A stretch of DNA of 64,000 bases from Smithellaceae bacterium (GTDB lineage: Bacteria > Desulfobacterota > Syntrophia > Syntrophales > Smithellaceae): the NCBI GenBank assembly GCA_963667845.2, contig CAXXVL010000002.1, positions 2,080,001 through 2,144,000 on the forward strand. Direction: 5' to 3'. The first letter of the stretch is position 1; every line of letters starts with the position of its first letter. Below, piece by piece: positions 18,195-28,199 of the stretch. Position numbers and translations under genes: made by a program. The notes under the pieces were generated by a model. That model saw only the letters and a program-made list of their open reading frames with translations. It was not told the origin of the DNA and did not search any database.

Positions 18195-18464
18195 ATGAGG
18201 ACGGTAGAAGAAATAATCAGTGAATTAAAAGTTAAAATTATTACGACGCTGGGATTGCTGGATGTAACTCCGGCGGATATCAAGGATGATGATCAGCTCG
18301 TGGGTGGTGATACGGGCATTGATTCCATCGATGTCCTGGAACTGGTCATGATGATTGAAAAGGACTATGGCGTCAAAATCGAGAGCAAAGAACTCGGCGC
18401 CAAGGTATTTGCTTCGGTTCGCGCTCTGGCGACTTACATCCAGTCCAAGACGGCCAAAGCGTAA
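18195..18464 (+). CDS. Acyl carrier protein 1
   Basis: GIDSIDVLEL phosphopantetheine site. Confidence 0.9.
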   Translation: MRTVEEIISELKVKIITTLGLLDVTPADIKDDDQLVGGDTGIDSIDVLELVMMIEKDYGVKIESKELGAKVFASVRALATYIQSKTAKA

Positions 18465-18522
18465 TCTTCACTGTCTTGTGGCCGATGATTGTTTGCGCGA
18501 CCACTGCAACCTGGATGTTTTC

Positions 18523-19872
18523 ATGAAGAAAGTATTGCTGATCTCCGCCAATATGATGAAAAAGCCCTATCCGGTTTATCCGCTGGGCCTTGATTATGTG
18601 GCCGGTTCCCTGCATTCTCGCTACGAGACTAAAATTCTGGATATGAATGAGTTTCCCTCTCTCGACGCACTGGGCGAGCGAGTCCGGCAATATGCGCCGG
18701 ATTATATCGGTCTCTCCATTCGCAATATCGACAATACGGATACGATTAACAGCCGGGGCTATTTGTCCGATTATCAGGATCTGGTAGCCGCTATCCGGAA
18801 AAATTCGCAGGCGATTCTCATCCTGGGAGGAAGCGGATATACGATTTTTCCGGTGGAGTTTCTCCAGGCCCTCGGGGCGGATTACGGGATCGCCGGAGAA
18901 GGCGAGAAACTTTCCACGCTCCTTTCGGCATTGGATAATCAAAGCGATGTTGAGGCCGTTCCCGGGATCGTCACGCCTCGAACCTCACAGGTCAGCTATC
19001 AGGCGTGGGACGGCGGGATGCATCGGGCCTTTGATTCAGACGCGCCTCACGTCAAATATTATCAGTCTTACGGCGGTATGCTCAACCTGCAAACCAAGCG
19101 GGGCTGTCCGTTTCGGTGCAGCTACTGCACTTATCCCCATATTGAAGGCGGCCGGATGCGTTTTTTCGATCCGGCGGAAATCGCAGGCGAGGCGCGCCGG
19201 CTGCAGGATGCCGGAGCCAAATACATTTTTATCACTGATTCCGCGTTTAACGCGAGTTACGAGCACAGCCTCGAGGTGGCCCGGGCGTTTCAGGAAGCCC
19301 GGATCAGCATTCCCTGGGGGGGATTCTTTGCTCCCACCGTGCCGCCTGCCGACTATTTCCAGAGGCTCGCGGGGGCCGGTCTGACGCATGTGGAGTTCGG
19401 CACGGAGTCCCTGTGTGGCGCCATGCTCGTGAATCTGCGCAAGCCGTTTGTTTGTGCCGATGTTTTTAAAGCTCACCAAAGCGCTCTGGACGCAGGCCTT
19501 TTTATCGCCCACTATTTTCTGTTTGGAGGTCCCGGCGAAACCGAGGAAACGCTGCAGGAAACACTGAGCGGCGTGGATCAACTGGACCGGGCCGTTTTTT
19601 TCTTCTTTTGCGGCATCCGTATTTATCCGCATACGGCGCTTTACGACACAGCGCTTCGTGAGGGCCAGATCAGCGCCTCGCAGAATCTTCTGGAACCGGT
19701 TTTCTACCACTCCCCCTTTATATCGGATGTCGAAATTATGGAAAAAGTCGAAGCGCATGCCGGCGGACGGCTGAACTGGCTCGTCGGTGCAGGGGAAAGC
19801 AAGGCGACGAGGATTTTGCCCAGGCTTTATGACCGGGGGCATACCGGGCCGTTGTGGGAGCACCTCATCTGA
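18523..19872 (+). CDS. B12-binding radical SAM protein (lipid-biosynthesis/ladderane-cluster type)
   Basis: PYPVYPLGL and SIRNIDN cobalamin-binding domain; TKRGCPFRCSYC. Confidence 0.85.
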   Translation: MKKVLLISANMMKKPYPVYPLGLDYVAGSLHSRYETKILDMNEFPSLDALGERVRQYAPDYIGLSIRNIDNTDTINSRGYLSDYQDLVAAIRKNSQAILILGGSGYTIFPVEFLQALGADYGIAGEGEKLSTLLSALDNQSDVEAVPGIVTPRTSQVSYQAWDGGMHRAFDSDAPHVKYYQSYGGMLNLQTKRGCPFRCSYCTYPHIEGGRMRFFDPAEIAGEARRLQDAGAKYIFITDSAFNASYEHSLEVARAFQEARISIPWGGFFAPTVPPADYFQRLAGAGLTHVEFGTESLCGAMLVNLRKPFVCADVFKAHQSALDAGLFIAHYFLFGGPGETEETLQETLSGVDQLDRAVFFFFCGIRIYPHTALYDTALREGQISASQNLLEPVFYHSPFISDVEIMEKVEAHAGGRLNWLVGAGESKATRILPRLYDRGHTGPLWEHLI

Positions 19873-19875
19873 CAA

Positions 19876-20186
19876 TGCCGGATCGCTTTCTTCGGCTAAC
19901 TTTGTTGGCTGCGTTGTCGGTTTCCTCGACGTATTAAAAATACGCCTGCGGAACCTCCTCCTTGCCGAAGCTGATCCTTTGAAATCAATCCAGCATGATA
20001 AGAGACCTTTGCATAACAACTAGAACGAACAGTATTGTCATTCCCGCGGAGGCGGGAATCCAGAGTTATCGATGGTTTCCTGGATACCGGCACTCGTGAC
20101 CTCGCGTGACCTTCAGGTTATTAGGTTATTCGCCGGTACGGGTGACCTGAAAGGTTATGACGAAAATTGGAGTTCTGCAAAGCTCT
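19876..20186. repeat. Nested REP/MITE cluster
   Basis: REP-like GTCATTCCCGCGGAGGCGGGAATCCAG (20037-20063) inside imperfect terminal repeats AGAGACCTTTGCATAAC/GTTCTGCAAAGCTCT (20001-20186); upstream hairpin CGTATT-AAA-AATACG. Confidence 0.6.
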
Positions 20187-20238
20187 GGATAAATTAAATT
20201 GAAAACCCGATACGGGTTCTTCTTTGCAATGAGGCTAT

Positions 20239-21063
20239 ATGTTTCAGCTTAGTCGAGCGGAAATTACCGGTATCATCTTACTTATTGCCGGCTGTGCGGC
20301 CTTTTTTATTCATCCTCTGCTGGCGATCGCCCTTTTGTTATTTTATGTTGTTTTATGCGTGGGCGCCTGTTTCTTTCCCGGGACAAATTTCCTGGGAGAG
20401 GTGGTGAGCCGGGGGCGTACGGGTAAGAATTATGTAGCGCTGACATTTGATGACGGGCCTTCCGACGTCACAACCCCGAAAATCCTCGATCTGCTGGATC
20501 GGTATCAGGCGAAGGCCGCTTTTTTTGTTTCCGGCGTCAATGCCCTGAAGCATCCGGATCTCATTCGGGAGATCATCCGACGGGGCCATGAGATCGGCAA
20601 TCATTCCATGAACCATGATCCGCTGGTCATGCTGAAGGGGACTCAGAACCTGCAGCACGAAGTTCAAGAGGCGGACCGGGTTTTGCAGAGTATGGGTGTT
20701 TTCGCCAAGGCGTTTCGTCCGCCGGTCGGCATCATCAATCCGGAACTTCCTGCCGTCCTGGCCGAACTGGGACTCGTCTGTGTCGTTTTCAGCCGCCGGG
20801 CGCGGGACGCGGGAAATCGCCGTGTTCAGGATCTTGCTTTGAAAATTTTAAAAGACGTGAGAGGCGATGACATCATTCTTCTCCATGATAAACCGCCCCG
20901 ACGGCCCGCAGATTACACAATTTTGTGGCAGGAGATGGAATTGCTTCTGGCCGGCATCAGGGAAAGAGGATTGCAGATCGTGCCTTTATCTGAACTAACC
21001 GGAGAGCGGCTGATGAAGGTTGATCCCCCGCTGGGAAACGCCTGGTGCGGAAATTCAAATTAA
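20239..21063 (+). CDS. Polysaccharide deacetylase (NodB/CE4) with N-terminal TM segments
   Basis: LTFDDGP, HEIGNHS, FRPP, IILLHD. Confidence 0.9.
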   Translation: MFQLSRAEITGIILLIAGCAAFFIHPLLAIALLLFYVVLCVGACFFPGTNFLGEVVSRGRTGKNYVALTFDDGPSDVTTPKILDLLDRYQAKAAFFVSGVNALKHPDLIREIIRRGHEIGNHSMNHDPLVMLKGTQNLQHEVQEADRVLQSMGVFAKAFRPPVGIINPELPAVLAELGLVCVVFSRRARDAGNRRVQDLALKILKDVRGDDIILLHDKPPRRPADYTILWQEMELLLAGIRERGLQIVPLSELTGERLMKVDPPLGNAWCGNSN

Positions 21064-21167
21064 TGATTGACCCGAGAAAAAAATTTTGATTGAAAAAACA
21101 AACAATGATATAGAATTCAACTTTTGGCTCAATAACATCGTTTATGTAAATCGACCGGAGGGACCTT

Positions 21168-21545
21168 TTGATCGATCAATGGAATTTGCTCAAAGATGTC
21201 AAGTGGATTGAACCTAATACCCTGGAGGCGCTGGTCCGGGTGCCCGGAGATTGCGTCTGGTTTACCGGGCATTTCCCCGGTGAACCGATTTTGCCGGGTA
21301 TTGCCATCGTTCATACGGTTTATGAAGCGATTTTGAAGCTTGCGAAGAGTGACGCAGAATCGATCAATATGTCGGCGCTTAAACGAGTGAGATTCACGGG
21401 GCCGGTTCGGCCGGGGGAAGCCTTCCTTTTGAACCTGACGAGGGAAGACGAGGCTTCGGCGATATTATTCAGTTTTAAAGTAATTCATGAAAGCAAGGTC
21501 ATTTGCAGCGGTCAGGTAACCGCGACAAAAAGAACACGAGGATAA
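21168..21545 (+). CDS. FabZ-like (ApeI-type) hot-dog dehydratase
   Basis: WFTGHFPGEPILPG; VRFTGPVRPG. Confidence 0.8.
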   Translation: MIDQWNLLKDVKWIEPNTLEALVRVPGDCVWFTGHFPGEPILPGIAIVHTVYEAILKLAKSDAESINMSALKRVRFTGPVRPGEAFLLNLTREDEASAILFSFKVIHESKVICSGQVTATKRTRG

Positions 21546-21568
21546 ATTAGTCCAAAAGGAGGAGAAGG

Positions 21569-21841
21569 ATGCCTGAAAGCATAGACACAAAGGGCATTGT
21601 GCGGCATGTGGCCGAAATCATAATTGAAGAACTCAAGCTGGAAGATGTCACTCCCGACACGTTCAATCCGGAGATGGATCTGGTAGACGAGTTGGGCATC
21701 GACAGCATGGATCTGGCAACGATCGCGCTGGTCTTGCAGGATGAATATAAGATCGTCATCGACGAGGATGATTATCCCAAGTTGAAGACTGTCCGACTGA
21801 TCAGTGAATATATCGAAGAGAAACTCGCGACGAGACACTAA
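21569..21841 (+). CDS. Acyl carrier protein 2
   Basis: ELGIDSMDL; acidic; strong RBS. Confidence 0.9.
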   Translation: MPESIDTKGIVRHVAEIIIEELKLEDVTPDTFNPEMDLVDELGIDSMDLATIALVLQDEYKIVIDEDDYPKLKTVRLISEYIEEKLATRH

Positions 21842-21859
21842 GGACAGCTATTCACGTCT

Positions 21860-22936
21860 ATGAGAGCCAATGTGAAGATAAAGCCCGAACCGGCCAGACC
21901 AAAGTTTTCCGATCTGCTTGCCGATCCGGACGTAAAAGGCCGCTGGGAGAAAGTCCGACGTTATTTTTTCCTCAGGGAATCGACATATGACATGAGCAAC
22001 CGCTGCAACATCCGCTGCGACGGCTGTTACTATTTCGAGGGCGACAAGCAGTTCGCTCTGGAAAATCTCAATGTCGAGGACTGGCGCGCCCTGATGCGCG
22101 CGGAAAAAGCGCGCGGTATTACCTACGTGGTCCTGGCGGGCGCCGAACCGTCACTGGTTCCCGAACTTCTGGACGCCTGCTACCTCGAGATGCCGCTGGG
22201 GAGCATTGCCACCAACGGCTTTAAGAAGATTCCCGAATCCGTCGGTTATAAAATCCATATTTCCGTGTGGGGAAACGATGAAACCAGTCAGCGGATCCGC
22301 AAGGCCAAAAATCTGCTGGCCAGGCAGATTGAAAATTACAAAGATGATCCGCGGGCGGTTTTCGTCTACACCTATACGCGGGAAAACATCGATGAGGCGC
22401 AGGACGTGGCCGCCGTTCTGGCCGCCCACAACTGCAAGCTGACCTTCAACGTCTTTTCGTCGCCCGTCGGCTACAATGGTCCGCTGCGCCACCATCCGGC
22501 ATCGCTTGCGCAAACCCGCCAGTCCATGATTACGTTGCTGCATCAATATCCAAAGAACGTTCTATTTTCCGTTTATAATGCCGTGGCCCATACGTCTTTG
22601 CTGGGACTGCACGACCTGTACAGCTGTTCGTATCCCCGCTGCAACCCCTCACAGGACATCGGCCTGGGGCGTTCCTTCCGTCAGTACCGGACGGACCTGA
22701 AGTGGGACCGGTCGGTCGCCTGCTGCGTGCCGGACACGGATTGCCCCGACTGTCGCCACTATGCTGCGGGATCCGCGGTCGTAACTGCCAGGCTTTACCG
22801 GCACGTCAATACTCCGGAAACATTTAAATCCTGGCTGGACTACGTGGACACGTACCTGGCCGTCTGGGTGATGGGGTACGAAAAAGGAAAAAATCTCTGC
22901 AATGAAGTGATCGAACCGCCGCCCGCTGTTCGTTAA
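21860..22936 (+). CDS. Radical SAM protein A
   Basis: CNIRCDGC, GAEP, C-terminal CCVPDTDCPDC. Confidence 0.85.
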   Translation: MRANVKIKPEPARPKFSDLLADPDVKGRWEKVRRYFFLRESTYDMSNRCNIRCDGCYYFEGDKQFALENLNVEDWRALMRAEKARGITYVVLAGAEPSLVPELLDACYLEMPLGSIATNGFKKIPESVGYKIHISVWGNDETSQRIRKAKNLLARQIENYKDDPRAVFVYTYTRENIDEAQDVAAVLAAHNCKLTFNVFSSPVGYNGPLRHHPASLAQTRQSMITLLHQYPKNVLFSVYNAVAHTSLLGLHDLYSCSYPRCNPSQDIGLGRSFRQYRTDLKWDRSVACCVPDTDCPDCRHYAAGSAVVTARLYRHVNTPETFKSWLDYVDTYLAVWVMGYEKGKNLCNEVIEPPPAVR

Positions 22937-22979
22937 ATGATATTGTTCGCTCATGATGGCATCAAAAAGGACAGAATAA

Positions 22980-23975
22980 ATGAAAATGATCAGCACCCTG
23001 CTGGATTCCGACTGGCATGACCGTTATCGACGGATTGCCAATCTCAATATCCGCAGCTCCATCTATGACCTGACCAACCGCTGCAATCTGCGCTGCAAGG
23101 GGTGCTTCTTTTTTTCTTCGGGCGAACATCAGGTCCTCGAAGAGATGGACATTCACAAGTGGGAACAGTTCATCGATAAGGAAAAAGCCCGCGGTGTGAA
23201 TCTGGCGATTCTGATCGGCGGAGAGCCGACGCTGTGCATGGACCGCCTGGAGGCCTTCTACAAAAAGCTGCCCACTTATTGCGCGACCAACGGTTTGATC
23301 AAGGTGTCCCGCGAAAAATTTCCCGACATGATGGTGGGCATTTCCCTGTGGGGCGGCGGTGAGGACGAAAAGATCCTCCGGGGGAAAGACACGTTTGCCG
23401 TCTCCAGCAAAAATTATGAAGGCGACCCTTACACCTATTATCTTTACACGGTTACACCCAAGCAGGTGGGCAGAATTGAGCCGGTCATAAAGCGCATTCG
23501 CGATGTCGGTCTGAAAGTACATCTGCAGATGCTCTCCAATGATGAGAGCGTTGACGGATTTTCCTGGCGAGACGGCGAACTTGCCGACCTGCGTTGCGAA
23601 ATGGACGAAATGCTGGATCACTATCCGCAAACAATCATCTCCAGCAAGTACTATCACGAAGTCATTACGACGGGTAGGATGCTGGGGCGGCGTTTCGGCT
23701 GGCGCGAATGCCCGTCGGTGACGGAATCCCTGGATACGCGGCAGCCACCCGCCAAACGTCTCATCCATTTTTACCGGTGGGCGGCCGATCTCCACACGGT
23801 TCACCGCTGCTGTACGTCGGCGACGCGTGACTGTTCCACCTGTAAAGACGGCGCGGCGCATATGAGCTGGATCATGGTTAATAAGCACATGCATATGGAT
23901 ACCACGCAGGATCTGCAAAACTGGATCGAAGTGTATGAAATGTTCGCCAAACTCTACCGGCTGATTCCCTGGTGA
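22980..23975 (+). CDS. Radical SAM protein B (paralogue of A)
   Basis: CNLRCKGC, GGEP, C-terminal CCTSATRDCSTC. Confidence 0.85.
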   Translation: MKMISTLLDSDWHDRYRRIANLNIRSSIYDLTNRCNLRCKGCFFFSSGEHQVLEEMDIHKWEQFIDKEKARGVNLAILIGGEPTLCMDRLEAFYKKLPTYCATNGLIKVSREKFPDMMVGISLWGGGEDEKILRGKDTFAVSSKNYEGDPYTYYLYTVTPKQVGRIEPVIKRIRDVGLKVHLQMLSNDESVDGFSWRDGELADLRCEMDEMLDHYPQTIISSKYYHEVITTGRMLGRRFGWRECPSVTESLDTRQPPAKRLIHFYRWAADLHTVHRCCTSATRDCSTCKDGAAHMSWIMVNKHMHMDTTQDLQNWIEVYEMFAKLYRLIPW

Positions 23976-24120
23976 GGAAAAGGTGCAAGGTTCAAGGTGC
24001 AAGGTCCAGGGAGATGGGACCCCGCGTTTAATTTCTTCCTTCAAAAAAATCAAAAAAATTATTAATTGATATTTTTAGAAAGCTCTTGCATGATAACTGC
24101 TCATGAAAAGCGCGCCTTTA

Positions 24121-24274
24121 GCCGGCTGTTGAAAAAGGCTCATCTGCGGCGTTACGCTTCGGCTCTCGCTGCTCACGTACCGATAAAGTACGCTCCGCTG
24201 CTCGATCCTCGCGATGCCTTGCAGCTAAACCTTTTTGAACAGCCTGCAAAACAGGGAGTTTTTCAACACCCTGT
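24121..24274. mobile_element. MITE-like element
   Basis: GCCGGCTGTTGAAAAAG is inverted to CTTTTTGAACAGCCTGC and TTTTTCAACACCC; internal hairpin CGTAC...GTACG. Confidence 0.6.
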
Positions 24275-24309
24275 TCATCGGCTCTTGATTCGAAAAGGAC
24301 AAATGTAAC

Positions 24310-25557
24310 GTGACGGGAAAAACGCTTATCTTGGGCTATGACGCCGTTTCTTCTCTGGGGACGGATTTGGACACGCAGTGGCAGCGCGCTTCACGCGGCG
24401 AAAGCGGCATCGGGCCGCTGACCCGGTTTCCGCTCACCGACGATTTTCCCGTCAGGGTGGCAGGCGAGGTGGACGACATCGACGTCAAACCTTATCCGTT
24501 TCTGCAGCCGCGCGAAATGGCGCATTGGACCTCGCCCATCTTCAAATATGCGCTTCTGGTGGTCCACCGGGCGCTCGCACGAAGCGGCGTGGAGGTGACG
24601 CCCGACATCGCGCCGCGCGTGGCGATTACGTTCAGCTCCGCCGTCGGCGGACTGGACGCGGTTTTAAAAGCGGACCGCCAGCTGATTGCCGAAAATAAAA
24701 TGCCGCACCCTTTTGCCAATCCCAATTCCTGCATCAACATGGTCGGCGGCAAAGTGTCGATCCTGACCGGGGCGACCGGTCCGATCACTGCGACCATCAC
24801 GGCCTGCGCCACGGGGATCACATCCATGATTATCGGCGACATGATGATCCGGCGGAACCTGGCGGATGTCGTCATTGCCGGCGCTGTTGATTTTCCGCTG
24901 GTGGAGCCGATTATCGCCGGCTTTGCGACGATGAATGGTGCCTACCGCCCGAAGGAAGGTCAGCCCCATGAAGAGCCTGAAAAAATCAGCCGGCCTTTTT
25001 CGGAAAATCGCCGCGGATTTGTCGTGTCGGAAGGCGCGGGATCAATCATCCTTGCCTCCGAGGCTTTTGCAAAGGCGCACGGTCTTCGAGGTAAAATCGA
25101 AATGGCAGGTTCTGCCATGACGTCGGACGCAAGCCACTTCGTGGCGCCCAATCTTCCGACCGTCGAGCGCTGTATCGACCTGGCCGTCCGCGACGCCGGG
25201 CTCACGCCCGAGGACGTTGATGCCGTCAACGCTCACGCGACATCAACCAAAATCGGGGATAGGGTAGAAGCCGACGCCCTGCATCATATCTTCGGCGAAA
25301 GGGTTCCGCCGGCGTCGGCCAATAAGTCGTTTCTCGGACACGCGATGGGCGCGTCTTCCGCTGTTGAGACGATTCTGGCCATGGAGGGGATGCTCCGGGA
25401 CACCCTCCTGCCGACGATCAATTACTCGGCCGACCCCCTCCTGCCGATCGATTGTGTTTCCGAAGGGGCAAGGACCCTCAAGCAGGAGTTTGTCCTGAAA
25501 AATGCATTCGGTTTCGGCGGCTGTAATTCGTGTTTGATCTTGCGCCGGATCGCTTGA
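24310..25557 (+). CDS. Beta-ketoacyl-ACP synthase (FabF/FabB family) 1
   Basis: TACATG, NAHATST, GHAMGA (Cys-His-His), NAFGFGG. Confidence 0.92.
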   Translation: MTGKTLILGYDAVSSLGTDLDTQWQRASRGESGIGPLTRFPLTDDFPVRVAGEVDDIDVKPYPFLQPREMAHWTSPIFKYALLVVHRALARSGVEVTPDIAPRVAITFSSAVGGLDAVLKADRQLIAENKMPHPFANPNSCINMVGGKVSILTGATGPITATITACATGITSMIIGDMMIRRNLADVVIAGAVDFPLVEPIIAGFATMNGAYRPKEGQPHEEPEKISRPFSENRRGFVVSEGAGSIILASEAFAKAHGLRGKIEMAGSAMTSDASHFVAPNLPTVERCIDLAVRDAGLTPEDVDAVNAHATSTKIGDRVEADALHHIFGERVPPASANKSFLGHAMGASSAVETILAMEGMLRDTLLPTINYSADPLLPIDCVSEGARTLKQEFVLKNAFGFGGCNSCLILRRIA

Positions 25558-25574
25558 CGACTATAAGGTAAAGT

Positions 25575-26840
25575 ATGAGACCTCCCAAAAATCGCAGAGT
25601 ATTTGTGGTCGGCTACGGCGCCGCCACGCCGCTCGGCAGCACATTCGAAAAAACCTGGCAGCGCGCGGTCAAAGGCGAAGCGGGCTTTCGCAAGGTGACC
25701 CGCTGCAAGGTGGAATCCGCCTGTGACATCGTGGGTGAAATCCCCGACTGGTTTCCGCTGGAACTCGATTTCACCGATGCCAAGGAAGTATACAACTGGA
25801 ACGCAGCGTTTGTGATCTTAACCATGGCGGTCTGCAAGGAAGCGCTGGCCGATGCCGGCATTACGATGGATGATACCATCGCGCCCAGGATGGCCTGTTT
25901 CATCGGATCGGCGCTCAACGGGTCCGATGCTTACCGGGTGGCCATGCATGACCTCGAACACCGCGGCCCGCTCCGGGTCAGTCCTTATCTGCTGCCGAAC
26001 TTGTGCGCCAACCTGCCGTCCGGCAAAGCAGGCATGCTCTTGAAATTCACGGGGCCGATTTTTTCACCGCAGGGCGCCTGCGCATCGGGCAATCACGCCA
26101 TGGGCATCGGGGCGCGGATGATCCGTGACGGGGATTGTGATTTCGTTCTGGCGGGCGGGGCCGACGCGCCGATTCTTCCGGAGTTGATCCATGGCTTCGC
26201 CAACATGAACGCCACGATTAAGGTCCACTCGGATGACCGGGCCTCCGGCGATTACGCTCAGGCCTCCAGGCCTTTCAGTGTTGACCGCAAAGGGTTCGTG
26301 CTGTCCGAAGGAGCGGGCGTTGTTGTTCTGGCCGCGGAAGAGGTCGTGAAGGCGCACGGCCTGACGCCTCGCGCCGAAATTCTGGGCGTAGGATGGACAT
26401 CGGATGCCCATCACTATACCAGTCCCAATCCGGTGACGATCATCCGGGCGCTTCGGGAAACCATCGAGGATGCCGGCTTAAAGCCCGCGGACATCCGGTA
26501 TGTCAATGCCCACGGAACCTCCACGCCAAAAGGCGACAAGACGGAAGTCAAGTGCCTGCGCGAGGTCTTCGGCAAAGGCATCGAGAAGATTCCTATATCG
26601 TCCAATAAATCCCAGCTGGGCCACACCCTGGGCGCGACGGCCGCCATTGAAGCGGCGCTGACCATTGAAGGCATGCGGCAGGGTATTATTCTGCCGACCA
26701 TCAACTACCTGCCGGACCCGGAATTTGCGGATATTGACGTCGTGCCGAACGCCGCACGCAGGCAAAAATATGAGATCGCGCTTTCCAACGCTTTTGGATT
26801 CGGCGGAACGAACTGCTGCGTGATCTTCCGGGGGGTCTGA
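25575..26840 (+). CDS. Beta-ketoacyl-ACP synthase (FabF/FabB family) 2
   Basis: GACASG, NAHGTST, GHTLGA, NAFGFGG. Confidence 0.92.
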   Translation: MRPPKNRRVFVVGYGAATPLGSTFEKTWQRAVKGEAGFRKVTRCKVESACDIVGEIPDWFPLELDFTDAKEVYNWNAAFVILTMAVCKEALADAGITMDDTIAPRMACFIGSALNGSDAYRVAMHDLEHRGPLRVSPYLLPNLCANLPSGKAGMLLKFTGPIFSPQGACASGNHAMGIGARMIRDGDCDFVLAGGADAPILPELIHGFANMNATIKVHSDDRASGDYAQASRPFSVDRKGFVLSEGAGVVVLAAEEVVKAHGLTPRAEILGVGWTSDAHHYTSPNPVTIIRALRETIEDAGLKPADIRYVNAHGTSTPKGDKTEVKCLREVFGKGIEKIPISSNKSQLGHTLGATAAIEAALTIEGMRQGIILPTINYLPDPEFADIDVVPNAARRQKYEIALSNAFGFGGTNCCVIFRGV

Positions 26841-26841
26841 T

Positions 26842-27327
26842 ATGAAACCGAAACCGTTTGTGCCCGAAGCGTATGAGGAAGACGAGCGATTTGTCCGGGA
26901 CCGGACGACCGGACTCGTCTGGCATCGGGCCCAGTATCGCGTGCTGTATGCCGATACGGATCGCTCGCAGGTCGTTTATCATTCCAACTATCTCCGCTAT
27001 TTTGAGTTCGGGCGCACGTCGCTCATGCGCGACGCCGCTTACCCGTACAAAGAAATCGAAGAAAGCGGCTACGTCTATCCCATCTATGACCTGGGCGTAT
27101 CCTTTTATCAGTCTCTTTTTTACGATGACGTCATGCAGATCCATACCCGGCCGGTGAATCTGGAGCGCGTGAGGCTCCAGTTCGATTACGTGATCACCCA
27201 TGCGGAAAAAGGCTATCTGGTATGCACGGGGTTTACCAAACACTGTGCGGCCAATACAACCGGCCGGCCGGTGGCGGTGGATCCGAAGACGGTGAGACTA
27301 TGGCAGACCTTCCCGGGCAGAGTATGA
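26842..27327 (+). CDS. Acyl thioesterase (YbgC/FadM 4HBT family)
   Basis: RVLYADTD...VVYHSNYLRYFEFGR. Confidence 0.88.
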   Translation: MKPKPFVPEAYEEDERFVRDRTTGLVWHRAQYRVLYADTDRSQVVYHSNYLRYFEFGRTSLMRDAAYPYKEIEESGYVYPIYDLGVSFYQSLFYDDVMQIHTRPVNLERVRLQFDYVITHAEKGYLVCTGFTKHCAANTTGRPVAVDPKTVRLWQTFPGRV

Positions 27328-28199
27328 GACACCGCTTCGGGTACGCGCTTTCGACCAGGCCCTATCTGCGTGACCATTCTTTTGAAGGGAAGGCCGTTTA
27401 CCCCGCGGTGGAAGCCCTGATCACGCTGGCCCGGGCCGTCCAAGACCATTTCCCCGACGCAAATCTCCCAAGCCAGGCCTGCGCGCAATTTCCCAGGATG
27501 CTGGTCATCGATCCCGTCTCTGAAGCGCTCGATGTGCAAATTGAAATCGAGGCGTCGCCGGGGGGCATCAACGCCTCGCTTTTGACATTGCTGCACGGCA
27601 AAAACAGCGCCATCGTGAGAGCCCTGGAACACGCGCGGGTCACCTTTGTGCAGGAGGCCGCCCCGCCCCGGCCAGCGATCTCCTGGCGATCCCTTCGGAA
27701 ACTGGGTGGTGAGTGCATTCATGTTCCCGCCGTTTCGATTTATCGGGAATTAATTCCGTTCGGATTATCGTATCAAAATATTATCGGAGATCTTTCCGTT
27801 TCGGTAGGCGGAGCACTCGCGGAAATTACGGGCGGGGGCGGCGAGGCCGACGACTCGCTTCTGGGATCGCCTTTTGTGCTCGATGCCGCGATGCATGCGG
27901 CCTGCGTCTGGGGACAGCGGTTTACGGACATTGTTTCTTTTCCCGTCGGCATCGACAGGCGGATCATTTATGCGCCGACGAAAAAAGGCGAGTCGTATCT
28001 GGCGTGCATAAAACCTGTGGAGACGAGCGGTGAACCTCTGGTCTTTGACGTCTGGATTTTTGCTCAGAATGGTATAATGTGTGAAAGCATCACCGGTCTT
28101 CACATGCGTGACGTTACACAAGGGCGCATGCGGCCGCCGCGATGGATACAGGAAGGGATATGGAAAAAATCATCATCATCTGCCTTGGAGCATACCTGA
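27324..28199 (+). CDS. Stand-alone polyketide synthase-type dehydratase domain protein
   Basis: YLRDHSFEGKAVYP (HxxxGxxxxP), FGLSYQ, LDAAMH; ATGA overlap with the thioesterase. Confidence 0.8.
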   Translation: MRHRFGYALSTRPYLRDHSFEGKAVYPAVEALITLARAVQDHFPDANLPSQACAQFPRMLVIDPVSEALDVQIEIEASPGGINASLLTLLHGKNSAIVRALEHARVTFVQEAAPPRPAISWRSLRKLGGECIHVPAVSIYRELIPFGLSYQNIIGDLSVSVGGALAEITGGGGEADDSLLGSPFVLDAAMHAACVWGQRFTDIVSFPVGIDRRIIYAPTKKGESYLACIKPVETSGEPLVFDVWIFAQNGIMCESITGLHMRDVTQGRMRPPRWIQEGIWKKSSSSALEHT

